Shown: positions 1 to 12,910 of the stretch, piece after piece
How the letters are laid out: every line of letters starts with the position of its first letter
Numbering within the stretch: the stretch's first letter is position 1
Notes under the pieces: model-generated
Seen by the model: only the letters and a program-made list of their open reading frames with translations
The model's database searches: none
What the model was told of the DNA's origin: nothing
Program-made: the position numbers and the translations under genes
Assembly: GCA_030141605.1 (NCBI GenBank)
Contig: JAQGDQ010000339.1
Location: forward strand, 192,087-256,086
Source of the DNA: Tubiluchus corallicola
Lineage: Eukaryota > Animalia > Priapulida
Reading direction: 5' to 3'
Length of the DNA: 64,000 nucleotides

Positions 1-224
1 TTTAATGTTTTTTATCCTAGGCAACTATTTTAGAAATTTGACTGCAGTAAACCCCATTTTTTTTGTTGTAAATAACATTCTGCATTTTATTTTACTAAAA
101 ATTTCAAACATTTGCAGTTCCGTAGCACAAAATGTGCTCTGAAAGCCCGCAATTTATTTATCTGCAGTGCTAGAGGATTCATTTAAGAGGGTGTTTCATG
201 ACTCTCGAATTCCCTTTGTTGTAG

Positions 225-1598
225 ATCACTGACATGCTGACGAGGGTTGACCTCCAGAGAACTCCTGCTCTAATGATCTACAGCGATGAAGATGTCCGCG
301 TTGAGAAAGAACTGTCCGAGGAGTTTGGTAGATTACTAGGAATCACCCAGTGGGGCGTGGTGAGCGGTGATGGTGTATTAGATGCAATTGGTAGGTCAAA
401 TTCTTCTTGGTTTTGTAAATTTTTAGACCATCGACATTGATGTGAATTCTGTCTGTGAAAACTGTCAGTGGTTTTGGCTGACAAAGACACTTGCAGAATT
501 ATCAAGTTTACAAAATTTCTTTACTTAAAACAACCGTAATGTTTTATGGGCGGCGGCAGTGCAGTTCATCAGATGCCATATTCTGTATTAAACGACAAAG
601 GGCAGGCGGGTTGTGTGAACAAATATTGTCGGTCATGTGAATGTACCTTTATTTGCACGTTTGTTGTCTGTTGTTTGGTAAAAATATACGGGTAATTGTC
701 AACTTACAACTGATCGACTTTGCGGCTCTTTCTTAAGCAGTGGCATAGCTAATAAGGGAGCAAGAAGAGCAACAGCTCCCCCTAGCACATTTTTCAAAAT
801 TGGCACCTTTTCAGCAATGCTTCGTTTTGTTTTCATTTTATGTCTAAAATTAAAATAATTAAATTAAAAACATTGTATTATGTTTTGAGATTGATGAGCT
901 CACTGTAAAACTTTTGATAGTTTTAATTTTAAATACAGAATGACAATTATGTGCTTCCATTAAAGCTGTATCTTCCTCGTGTTTTGATTTTAAACACAAA
1001 ATTAAAATGTATATGCGTCGAAAATTGCTTTACAAGCTGGCTATGCCCCTGCTCTTAAATGAACGTTGTTTACCCATGGTGGGTTGAGCCCAACCAGTTC
1101 ATACATGTCAGCAACTGCACACAATTAAACTGTTGCGCAATCAAACCTCTTTCACCGCCCACTTTGGGACTCCAGAAAAAGTGAGTTTGGCATCATAAAC
1201 AGGTGCATTAATACCTACATGTCTATGCAAACATAAACATTTTGTTTTTTTTGCCAAAAATTCTCCTTGTTAAGCTAGGTTGGCGTTTTAAGGGGGGGGG
1301 GAGTTATAACGCGGTTCAACGGAACAAAGCTGCTGAAAATGAACCGCTATTCATTACCCAAATGAACATGCTTTTGGTATTTTGGTAACATATTCCCCAA
1401 AAGAGCAGAAAATGATTCTGCACACTTGGTGTTACAATACATAATCTAGATCGTCTATTTGCAGATGTTGACAGGACGGAATTGTATCGACGGGGCATCA
1501 AATTCGAAGGAAAATCACACTTCTGTTTTCGCTCTGACCCGGAAATTACGGCGGCTGCATTGCTGGAACTTTTACGCTGGAAAGAGAAGAAATCTTGA
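225..1598 (+). CDS. 3' end (last two coding exons) of an alpha/beta-hydrolase-fold protein; gene begins upstream of the window
   Basis: Exons 225-390 (ttgtag|ATC...ATTG|gtagg, phase 1) and 1465-1598 (ttgcag|AT..., TGA 1596-1598) splice in frame to ...PALMIYSDEDVRVEKE...RGIKFEGKSHFCFRSDPEITAAALLELL...*. This fits the C-terminal hydrolase pattern: P-x-L-x-x-x-S/G-x-x-D acid loop, then catalytic His, a Pro and a final helix. Confidence 0.7.
738..1051. mobile_element. hAT-like MITE in the hydrolase intron
   Basis: Imperfect TIRs cagtggcatagc ... gctatgcccctg; degenerate 8-bp flanks ttcttaag / ctcttaaa (6/8). Confidence 0.5.
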
Positions 1599-2884
1599 CA
1601 ATTCTGTAGCTCATAAAACGTTTTAGCAAAATTAATTTCTTTCTAATTTTTTCATTCTTGTCCCAGAATCCCGTCTCATGAAAAACAGTGCTGGTGAGTT
1701 TCTGCCTAATTAGTAAACCTATTATCTTGAGATTCTTAAATTCTACATATGAAATTTTGCCTTGTTTCGTACTTGATTTCTTCTTTATTTCAATTTGTTT
1801 TAATTCTGGTATCTTTGCCTTGTCCTAAATTCCAATTCTTGATTTCTTTTCTCATATAGAGGTATGAAGGTCATATCTGACAAAGATTCTTACTAGTCAT
1901 CTATTAAGCTACTAGTGTGAAAAAGTCGTAACGAATGTACTAATTAAAGTTTGCCAATGGCGAATATTAGTTTTCTCCATTAGAAAAACTTTGTTAAAGA
2001 ACTTGAATAAAGAGATTTTTATTGACATTGTATCTTGTACTGTTCACATGTTCTTGAAAATGTCTTATGCAGAAGCAGTTGCAAGAACAAAAATTAAGTG
2101 TTTGCATGTGAAGTCGTAAGTAAGTTTCAAAATATATAATTGCACAGATTTATAATAAAGTGAAGCCACTTTCCGGCAGTTACTGAATTGGGCAGTGGTT
2201 GTTGCAATAATCACGTCTTTTGGGGATGCTGCAGGCTATAATCCGTGAAGTGGAGACAAAAAGTATTCATAACGAAACTTTATTGTACGCAAATTAGTAC
2301 GTAGATATGTATACAATCCCTTTATTTACAAAATAATGAAATTACAATTATAATACATGCTGCAAAAAATGACAGACTTAATTTCTCTGCTGTTTGGTTA
2401 GCTACCAAGCAAAAGACAAACCTTTTTGAAGTGATGTAACTTTACATGCACTTGCTGTGAAAGAGTCATCCACAACAGTTCATTGCACTTCAAAATTTTC
2501 TAATTATGGCGTTTCTCCATCCTCATCTCTAACCAAAAAACGCATTTAATACCAAACAAAAATTTCGATGATCTTTTTAAACATCTAAGATGCTTTACGA
2601 GTACCCGAATGTACCTCTGTGTACAAATACAACATTTCTGTTGTTTTATAATTATTTGGCATGGACTCCTGTCATATTTATCGCAAGCTTGCTAAGATAA
2701 ATACCTGCGCATGACATAATCATTACAATATAAATCAGCAAAATCATGTCAATGCAGAGTAAACTTTAGCTTACGAGTTGCGATATACACGCTCGAGGAC
2801 TAAGAAAATAGTCAACTTTTCCACAGTACTAGTCATTAACACCAAGAAGAAGAACAACGTTGAAACTTGAAGTGCAAAAATTTC

Positions 2885-3497
2885 CAGTGGCGGTTCGTGT
2901 ATAGGTGTGGTACAGCAGCACCCCCTGTTTTCACTCATTATTATCGATAATGATTTAATATAATAAGTGTTTTTTCGTTAGTTCTTTTCTTACACTTGTG
3001 CGGAACTGGAGCATGTGAGGGAAGTACAGTTTGCTACACAGCCCAAGCAACATGGTGTTGTTTAGCTGTTGTGCGCATGGAGCCATGCGCACATGTGTAA
3101 GATAACATGCTGTACGCTAGCGTCTGCTGCTAGGTAGAAAAGTACGGTGTCTATCACAGTAACAATTGCAACTTGTTTATCGTGTAACGTAATATTCTTG
3201 GATGTGATAAAGTGTAACCTTAGCGCGTGTGCTTAAAACAAATTATTTAATAATGGACGCCTTGCAACCCCAAGAAAGAAGTTCTGTGACTGTAAGTGAA
3301 CTACAAAAACTTAATTTTTCACATTAATCTCTCCATGAGAAAGTTGCAGTTAAGAAAAGAGGCCGTTCAACACCTGATGTTCACAGATAACTACGACATT
3401 AAAATTACATATTTGTTATGTTTTACGCGGTATTAAAACAATGGCTGATAATATGTGAAGCAGCACCCCCACTAATTTTAGCTACGAGCCGCCACTG
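2885..3497. mobile_element. hAT-like MITE (613 bp)
   Basis: TIRs cagtggcggttcgt ... acgagccgccactg; perfect 8-bp TSD aaaatttc at 2877-2884 and 3498-3505; subterminal gcagcacccc motif near both ends. Confidence 0.85.
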
Positions 3498-3691
3498 AAA
3501 ATTTCACACCTAACTTAGCAAGATTTCGTACCTCAATAGAAAAGACTTCTGTCTATAAAAATAGCGGCCACATGTGAAGAATACGAGTGACCACAATTGC
3601 CCTGTAACAATTGCTTTCAATAGATATTTGTGTAAGAAGGTACAGTTAAATAAAGCTGCAATTGCAAAATGAGATCGATCGATTATGACTT

Positions 3692-6600
3692 TCAAAAACA
3701 GCGTCCCCATTTCATATCATTATCTCTCCTGCCACCTCTGCGGAAACCACCACCACTGCCACCGCCTCGACGTGCCCCCAACTCCGCCTTTTCCAAATCT
3801 TTCCTCTCCTTCCATGCGAGATATCTCTCCGCCATAGCCAATAGCTCGTCCGGAATCTCTTGCTGCGCCTCTGCCATTATGTCGATCAACTCCGGCGCTT
3901 TTCTCCAATCCTCCCTAGTAACAAAACTCAATGCTATACCAGTGCGACCCGCCCTTCCTGTTCTTCCGACGCGATGCACATACTCCTCAATGTGCCTGGG
4001 AAAATCATAATTTAAAACATGAGTTATGTCCGGCACGTCCAATCCTCTGGAAGCAACGTCGGTCGCAATCAAGATACGGACTTCTCCGTTTTTAAATTCT
4101 CGAAGAGCCGTTTCCCTGTCAGACTGTTCTCTGTCACCATGTATGCACTGGCAAACTATTCCTCTGAGTGAAAAATCACTAGATACGTCATCTGCTATAA
4201 TTTTCTTGCCGACGAAGATCAGCAACTTATCGTCCGGCGCCATATTCTCGATAAACTCAATAACTCTTTCCTTTTTCTCACTTTCGTCCACCATTTCTAT
4301 CAGCTGGGTCACGGCATGACATGCTGCCAAGTCCAGAGTATTTATGAACACTTGTATGGGATTTTTCATGTACTGTTCTCCAAGGCGTCGGACCTCTGCC
4401 GGCCACGTAGCACTGGTCATCACTGTCTGCCGGTCGGGACGAATGTCGATTAAAATTTTTCGAATCTGTGGCTCAAAGCCCATGTCCAGCATTCTATCGG
4501 CCTCATCTAGTACCAGAAATGTTACCGTTTTGACATCAATTATTTCGTTCATAACCAGATCGTTAAGTCGACCGGGGGTGGCGACCACAATTTCTGCACC
4601 CTGTTTAACCAGTGCTATTTGTGCCCTGCGATCACCACCACCGTATATGCAAACGCACCTTATTCCTCGATAGTTAATCTTTTTGGTCTCCTCTTCAATC
4701 TGCTGCGCTAGTTCTCTGGTTGGACTTAGAACTAACATTGTCGGTCCGCCACGTTCTGACCTGTCAATCGGTTGATTCTGTATGTGTATCAGACCGGGCA
4801 ACAGGAACGCTAGCGTCTTTCCAGTTCCTGTCTGAGCAATGCCTATCAAGTCCATTCCTTGCAAAACAACCGGCCATGCTTGACACTGTATAGGAGACGG
4901 AGTATGAAAACCTTGCTTGTACAACTGATCCAGTATATCAGGGTAGTGCTGAAACGCCTGGTGAAATGTTTGAACAGGATTCGGAATTATTTGCTCACCG
5001 GATTCACTTAGGTCTTGAACGATTATGTTATTGTTTTCCTTGCGGAACATCGCAACATCAGATGGATGCATGTTTGCCACATCCAGATCTTCGATGTAAA
5101 AGTTCTTGATGATACTCGGATGATCCTTCCATTTCAGTTCAAACATCACATCTTTTTCCGCATTTATCCTGTCCCAATCAATAAACGGAATGGACGGAAA
5201 ATCCGAATTAGATGATCCGTTGCTTGCAGCAGGCTCATTAGAGTTCAGTGACAACCCCTTTACGGTGAACTTAGCCTCCCTCACAATGACAAGCTTCTCG
5301 ATCAACTCTTGTGCTTTGTCCCTAACTTCTTGGCTTCCCTTTAGGTCAATAGGAGTTTCATAGTTATCTTGATCGTCACTTCTGATATTTATCGAACAAC
5401 CGCTTTCATCTTGAATTTCTCTAATTTGTCCGCCTCCGCGACCAATAATTTTACCCAAGTCTCTGTTTCCGACATGAATAGTGGTTACAGGATCATCACT
5501 AGATCTGTCACTGCTACCACCACTAGCACGAGGCTGCCCAGAAGTGCTACTTAATATGTCTTCGATAAGTCGCTTGGCTTTGTCTCGAGCCTCTATGGTA
5601 CCAGTCATGTCTACTGGCGTTTCAAAAGGCCCGCTGTCACCTTTCCGTACGGAAATCCGTGCACCGCTTTCTAACTGAAGCTCTCTAATTTTAGATCCTC
5701 TGCTTCCTATTATTCGTCCAATAGCTTGGTTGGGTACCATTAAAATTGTTAAATCCTCTGAGTCCTCTGTGTTGCTTGAATATGGCCTATCATCACTAAC
5801 CATTAACGAACTGAATGAATCACACACGTCTAGTGATGTCCTTATATTGACGATACCAGCGATCAGTTCTTTGGCTCGCACAACGGCATCACTCCTACCG
5901 GAGAGATCCACTGGAGTATCACTTGCGTTTCTGTCCGCTCGTCTAATCTGGATTCGAGCGCCACTTTGGTCTTGCAGGTCACGGATACGAGATCCGCCTC
6001 TTCCAATTATCCGCCCAGCTTCGCTGTTTGCAACGTATATGGTTAAGGTGTCGGACCGATCGTCTATAAAAAAGAAATAACGCAATAAAATGCTTTGTAT
6101 GTAACTTGCACGGCAACCTCTCACAGACTTGCTTTCCTACAAGCTTTACCACATTATATTCGGAATCGCTGATAACAGCGCAAATCAGCTAGCTATCCCT
6201 CAAAATGATTGTTTACTGTCCATCCTAACGATGTTAGTTTCCAACCTACATTACAAGTATGCAAGTTTATTGCCAAACTTCTTTTGTTGCCCAAAACTGG
6301 CTTTTCAAACCATAATCTTATGGACAGGAACATCATTTTTAAGTACTCATACTTGACGCTTTAAGAAAACTCCAGCACTTAAGATAGTTTGTTTGTTTCA
6401 TTATGATTACGAGTCACTACTAATCTTTCTTTAAAGTTAGTGGCTAAAATAGGGCACTATTTCAGAGATTTTGGTGAGTTGTCAAAAAAAGAAACTGTTA
6501 TTCGAATTAAGTTATGAATTATGAAAATGAAAAATTATTTTTCTTGTTTAGCTTCTCAGAACTGTTTGAATCACCTAATTATTACTAATATCTTCGTAAA

Positions 6601-9600
6601 TTTATCTGCTTAAAATGTACTTAATAAGTTATTATTATTTCATAGCTTGTGACTTATTTAAGTAGTGATACACTATTTGCAGTTTGTTGTATTCGTGCCA
6701 TATGTTTTGTACTTGATAATAGCAATGATAATCTTTCATCTTCCCAGCCTTTGACTTGTCATTAGCTGCAAGCTTGCATTTAAGAGAAAAATGATTTCAA
6801 AGCTTTGTTTACTGATAAATACTTTTTGCTTGGATGAATATGCTAACTTTTAAGTGCATCTCAGTTTGCAAATCTTTCTAAGCGATATTCACAACAAAAA
6901 CTTAATCCGTTTTTAAAAGCTATTATCTGTAAGATGATTACCTTGAATCCTAGCTAACAGGAGCCTGGTCACTCTAGAGGTCAGTCCAACAAAAATTATC
7001 TACATGGGTTTTTTGTATAAGCATTCCAAGATGACTGGCATAAATACTGACAACCAGGCGCCAGTCATTTAGGCAGAAATTATCCTGCATGCCTTTTTCT
7101 AGGATAATTTCAAGCAGCCATGATCGTTAAACTGTCGGTAAGCTTCTAGGGAAAATAGTAAAATAACGGAGGTAGGAAAGTAAAATTCTTTAAAGTATGC
7201 TCAATAATCCACAGCTCAAATGTCCACTACCCAAACGTTTGCTATCTATTATAGGGGTATAGCAATTCCCAGTTGTCATTTTGCAACAATGTTATTTAAT
7301 CATTAAAATATACAATTACAAGATATATTGACGTTTCTCCACTTTCATAATGCACTCTTCATATGATGACTGAGCAACTGTTCTAAAACTATTTAAAACA
7401 ACGTCACTTACCAGACAAGTTTGGAATACACATTCAAAATAAGTCAATAATTAAAATATATATGTCTATATATCTCCACTTTTGCGCTTGGTGTAGGTGG
7501 ACCAATTTTATGAAATGTGTTTCCATTATGAGCAAATCAAACTTATTATCCACAACAGAACATTATTTCCCTCCTTAACACAACAATGTTGCAGTTGTGT
7601 TAAAAAAAAACAGTGCACAATTAGGTTTCATATGCTCAATAATCCTGTACTGAAGTAGGTCTTCCACATATAAAATCTGTCACATCCATGACAGCGAATA
7701 TTTACACACGACATAGGGTGAAGCAAGTTTGGAATCAAGGCTAGCTTCTCTCACTCACAAAGCTACATAAAATGTTTAAATGCTGGTAAATATAACACGC
7801 ACAGGTGTTTGCCTGAGTTTTTCGATAATAAGTAGCTCTTTACCTTACCTTACGATATTGCATGACTCAGAAATAAATGAAAATCTGATAACTTTTGTAA
7901 CCATGTCAATGTCACTTGATTTACAGGCAAAACGCAATAATTATTATAAAATTGTTCTTTCGGCGAATGCATGAAGCAGCTATGTTTTTCTAGGGCTAAC
8001 TCTCGGCCAGTGTGACCGTTTTGTATGAGGCTCATCGTATTGGAGGCTAAAAAGTATCGAATTTTCTGCCAAATCAGTGCATTAATGGCCAAGTAGTGTT
8101 ACCGCTTATACACCATAATTATCAGAACACAGATTCATGATACAAAAAAAGAAACTATACAATAATTATATGATAATTTAGTAATGCAAAACTAAGAAAA
8201 AACGTGTGACAAAAAATGTGCATTGAAATAATTTAAAACATTACTGCTAACCAGTGGGAAATATACAAACTTTGATTTCAACTGATTTTAAATATTCCTC
8301 GATTCAGTTTTAAACAAGTTAAACATTCACAAAGCTTTAAAAAAAAATTTCCTCCCTCCCTACTGACATCTTTTGAGCTCATGAGGTAAGACAAAAACAA
8401 TTTTTTGTGATCGGTCTGACTCACACGCAATAAAATCAACAATGAAGCACTTCCACTTACCCGATACAATTGACAATTGAGTGATGTCAGCTAGGGTCTA
8501 TTACTGTAATCTTTTATTTCTAAACTTTTTATAATCACATTTTTACTGTCAAAAAAGAGACAGATAAACCTTTAACCTTTGACTTTCTAAGCTCCATTGC
8601 TGTATTCACAATCTTCAAAGATGTTAATAGATGTTCTACATTTCGCATAAATCGCATGAAAATCTGCTAGATAGGAAATAAATTGGGTGGTGTATTATCA
8701 TCAAAAGATGAAAATATCTTGGCCACGAAATTCATGTTTTTATGGACCTTCGGAAATGTTCAGACGACAGGCTGTCCAATGACTTCATCACCAAAGACAG
8801 TTTGCAGCAATAATGCGAACGAACTGTACTATTGTATACTTAAAGAGAAAATTTGTACATTTAAAGCACAAGAAAACACTCCTTGTTAATAGAGCTTTAA
8901 AAAATTTATTAAATATTAAAATTTTGTTTCACTTACACGCTGTTACATACTTTAAATTACTTTATATAGTCAATAACACAATGTGCTTTTTGGTGAATTA
9001 GCGGTGCACACTGGGATGGTGATATAAAACTGTTTCACTAAGTGATGCCAATTTTTTAAGTCACACAAGTCTTGGAAACAAGTTAAAGGTAATGATAAAT
9101 AATATAACGTTTGTATGGAAAGTTCTTTGAGATATGCTTTAAAATTCTCTTTTACTCAGCTTTAAAGTAAATTCCGCCAATCCTTTCTTAAATCGCAAAA
9201 TCTCGCACGCAGCTTATATTTTGCCAAGCCTACTATAGTCATGTATTACAGAATGCATTCAAAAAATATCATTTCGGGAATTTTTGTAAAAACTGTGCAA
9301 CTTCAAAGACAACGTGAGAAAATTGTCGCAAATGAAGTTTCAAGTATACAGAAATTTTGAATGAAAGTCAAAATAATCTCCCGAAAATTGACTTATACTA
9401 TAGACTAAATATGGCGAAAGTGAATAATGCAATTAATGATTAGAATGTCTGTGTGCTGATCAATCAATACCTTCCAGGACAGGCAAACGCCAGTTGCTAT
9501 GTTCAGAACCTCTGTTTGAACTAAGGAATCCCCTGCCAGTTCCTCGATCTGTATTTGCAAATGAATTTCTTTGGTAGTCATTTGTCGATCGAAATGATCC

Positions 9601-9711
9601 GCTACCTGCGAAATCTTTTAGCACGTGGTTAGCATTATTAGACTGAGTTCTTTGACTGCTAGTAGAGGAAGTTGGCGCATCCCAATCCTCTTCCTCGTCC
9701 CAGCCACTCAT
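3692..9711 (-). CDS. DDX43: DDX43/DDX53-family ATP-dependent DEAD-box RNA helicase with three N-terminal KH domains and an RGG tail (~870 aa)
   Basis: Exon 9711-9471 (ATG MSGWDEEEDWD...; donor GAAG|gtattg, phase 1) joins exon 6063-3692 (tttatag|AC, phase 1). Motifs: PSPIQ, AQTGTGKT, PTRELAQQ, TPGRL, DEAD, SAT, ATDVASRGLD, HRVGRTGRAG. KH loops: IIGRGG, IIGSRG, IIGRGG. A KH + DEAD-box architecture is characteristic of DDX43/53. Small internal exons cannot be excluded. Confidence 0.88.
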
Positions 9712-10073
9712 TGTGACAATTGTGCGTAATGTCACAGAAAACTAAAACACCGCTTCTCAAAAATAAAAATTAAAACACACAGTGATACATATTAAACCCG
9801 TATTTCTATGATAGTTGACGGTTACTGTAGTCATTGGGCAAGCGGAGTTCTATTTTGACATTCGTTAAGTCAGTAAGACTGCTTCAAGTTATAGATACTT
9901 AAGCAGTCAAACAAACCGTGTTCACAGCAGAAATAAATGAAACATTTCCAATTTCCACGTTAATTTCGCAAAGACCACGATCTTGATTAGCTCCAAGATT
10001 GCAGTGAATTCAAGATATGCTAGCGACTCTCATTCAAAAGTGCACCATCTAACTACTTAGGAAACATAATTCA

Positions 10074-10074
<1 letters not shown>

Positions 10075-10107
<33 letters not shown>

Positions 10108-10262
10108 GATGGCAGCTAACTAACTAAAAATAATAATTTAATTTGATAAAATTTATTTGATAAATTTACATAGAATATTTAATTTATTGATAGTAATAAC
10201 AATAATAATATCAACAACAACAACAACAACAATAGCAATAACAGTAATACTAATAATAAAAT
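10075..10262. repeat. AAT/AAC microsatellite and low-complexity tract
   Basis: (aat)n and (aac)n runs. Confidence 0.8.
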
Positions 10263-11754
10263 AACGCAGGTTACTTAGAGGGAAATCTGGGGAAGTTAAG
10301 ATTGTTTTAATGTTAGCGGAAGACAACGTATGCGACTCGTTTAACTAGTAAACTCACTTTGCAGTAGTGATCATTTCACGCTCCTGGGCTTCCATTTGAA
10401 AAACCATTCTCCCACCAATGATGTTACACATCGACTGCAGAAAAACAGCACACTGTCAAGTTCCGCCAAAAAGTATACATTTTTCCGAAAGATTTGGAAG
10501 TTAAATTTTTTATTTTTATTTTTGCTAAAATAGTTAATAGGTAAATTTTTAATAGTTAAAATACTCAATAGTTAAATTTTTAACAATTTAACAATGCACT
10601 TACACAAAGTCGTTGCATCACTATTTTCAGATGAGTGGCGGTTACCGCTGAGCTTGAAAATTTCTTTATAATGGCAGTATAAATTAGCTTTATGCTGTAC
10701 AAAGTTTTTTTTTGCACATTTCTTTGTTGTAATTTACTAAATATAAGTGATAACAGCAAAATAAATCCTACATGGTAAGTGACTTGGTCTTTTTATTTTA
10801 AAGTAAAAGCCTTTCGGCTTATTTCAATGTAAAATTTAGGGAAAATAACACCTTCCACTTGTAAACAACAATTCGCTGGGCACAAGTTTTTTAATAACAT
10901 GTACCTGAAGAAATCCTATCCCGAGCATTAGAAGCATGTACGTCTGAGACTTGGAAGTGTGGAAAATCTTTTGAGCTAACATGCCATAAACAAAGCTGCT
11001 GCATATTTTGTCTTTCAAAGACAATAACCAGTAGCAGTTTTGGAGATGTTGCACACATAGTGTGAATCAATAAAATACCCGAAGAGCGCATAATTGCACA
11101 CAACTTGTTAATAAACAATTTCAAAAGCCAAAAGTACTCACTACATGAGATTTAATGGTTTCGAATTTTCTACATTTTTGTAAATAAATGTGGCAAACAA
11201 GAACGGCAGCTTAAGTAATACTATACAATGAAAAAAATGTATTCAAAATATTAATTTATTATAAATTTATCACAACAGGGTGGAATGAAACAATACATTA
11301 ATGATGTAAACAAGGATTATTAATAACCAAAACGAATTTTAACAATAACTCATTTAGCGTTACATAACACTGACTACTTCTGCTGAAAAAAATATTTTGA
11401 AAAACAATTAATTGTTTATTTTCACAAAAACAATAGGTTCAAAAAATGCATTACACTCAGTTCTTTCCAACAGAATAAATAAATATTTTTTTACAAGCAA
11501 CACAGCAGGATTATACTGTTACAGATAAAAACTTTGAACTGCAACTAAATTTGTATCACACAGACTGAAGTGACAGCCCATATTGTGATATTACATTTCA
11601 AACTTCTTAGAATGCTAAAGGCTAAAAATTAGAGAAAGTGCAAAGAATTCAGTTCAACAATGTACAGTATGGAAACTATGAAAGGAATGAAATAGGTCGC
11701 TTTTAGACAATTTAACTTTATTAGCAGTAACAATTTAACATTAGTACTTACTAA

Positions 11755-12418
11755 ATGTGCACTTGCAAACCAAAACCATCCACAAGTTGGTACAATTAAA
11801 CCTACATTATGATGCCTCAAAGTAGAATGACATGAAAATTCAGTCAAATGTCATTTTTTGTTTTTTATAAAAACAAATGCCAAATATATTGAACTTTTAT
11901 ATTTGAGCATCAGATTATCAAGAAAATGTTCAAAAAAGACTAAAAATTTAATCTTACAACCACGTAACCACTTTTCTGGCTAGAAACTAGTAATGCAATC
12001 GTAAATACTTGTATTTTCAAACTCCAATAATAGCTCGTGGAAGCAGCCATTTTGCTTCAGGTTTTTGCAGTTACCAAGCCGAGATCTTCATCAGGAAGAG
12101 CCATCTGCTGGATTCAAACTTAGCTTCAATGTACTCTTGTAAAATCCATAGCAACCACATTTTCATACGGTTGCTAAGTGTTTTGTAGAAACGCGACAAA
12201 AAACAATGGCTAACTTTAACAGCGGTTTTCTCAAGGTTATTTTTTCATTGCATAGCCTGCACCTCAACTTCAACGTAGATTATCTCAGCTTTCAAATAAC
12301 ATAGAGCGATGAGCTTGGTATTAAAATGATCCTCATGAAACAGAGATTCAAGGCATGTGAATAACTAGAAAAGGCTAATTGCTGACTTATTATGGATGAT
12401 TTTGCTGTACATGCACAC
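11755..12418 (-). mobile_element. Non-autonomous TIR element, family B (reverse copy)
   Basis: Reverse complement of the tgtgtgcttgcatagcaaaatc...gcaagcaca element also at ~18695-19090, ~34205-34650 and ~56482-57083. Confidence 0.65.
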
Positions 12419-12533
12419 AATTTGATAAATCAATTTATTAATTGTTCAGTAAATCAAACAAAGATTAAATTCAGTGGGAATGGAATTTGAGGTGATCAAA
12501 CACTTGTAAAAAAAGCCTAACTGATCTAATACA

Positions 12534-12872
12534 TCATTGATCAAGATTGACCTCTACTCTGCAGACAGGACATGTGGCATTATTCTGAAAAACAAAAGCA
12601 AGGCATTAGTGCAAAATAGATTTTGGGATTACCATTACCACTGCTTTTTCAAAACTGAGATTTTTTGAGCATAGACGATCGTTTCAACCGTAACAATCAT
12701 TGTCAATACTATAAATCAAGTCAAAATACTATAAGGAATAATTAGTACATTGACGGTACTAAGATACAAAGGCACAAAATGTCATTACAAATCTAAAGAG
12801 TAGAATTTAAATTGTCAAAATAAATGTGGATGTAATAGAAGAATGCAAAAAATAAACAAATAAAATTTACCT

Positions 12873-12910
<38 letters not shown>

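Noticed and set aside
3669-6080. Plus-strand ORFs overlapping DDX43
   Set aside because: Antisense shadows of a real CDS with no recognisable motifs.
6064-6124. ORF-track start of the 810-aa helicase
   Set aside because: Non-ATG start lying in an intron; a polypyrimidine/AG acceptor at 6064-6065 joins in phase to the 9711-9471 exon.
7780-9001. Extra DDX43 exons or small genes in the intron
   Set aside because: Short ORFs without recognisable motifs or convincing paired splice sites; the flanking exons already join in phase.
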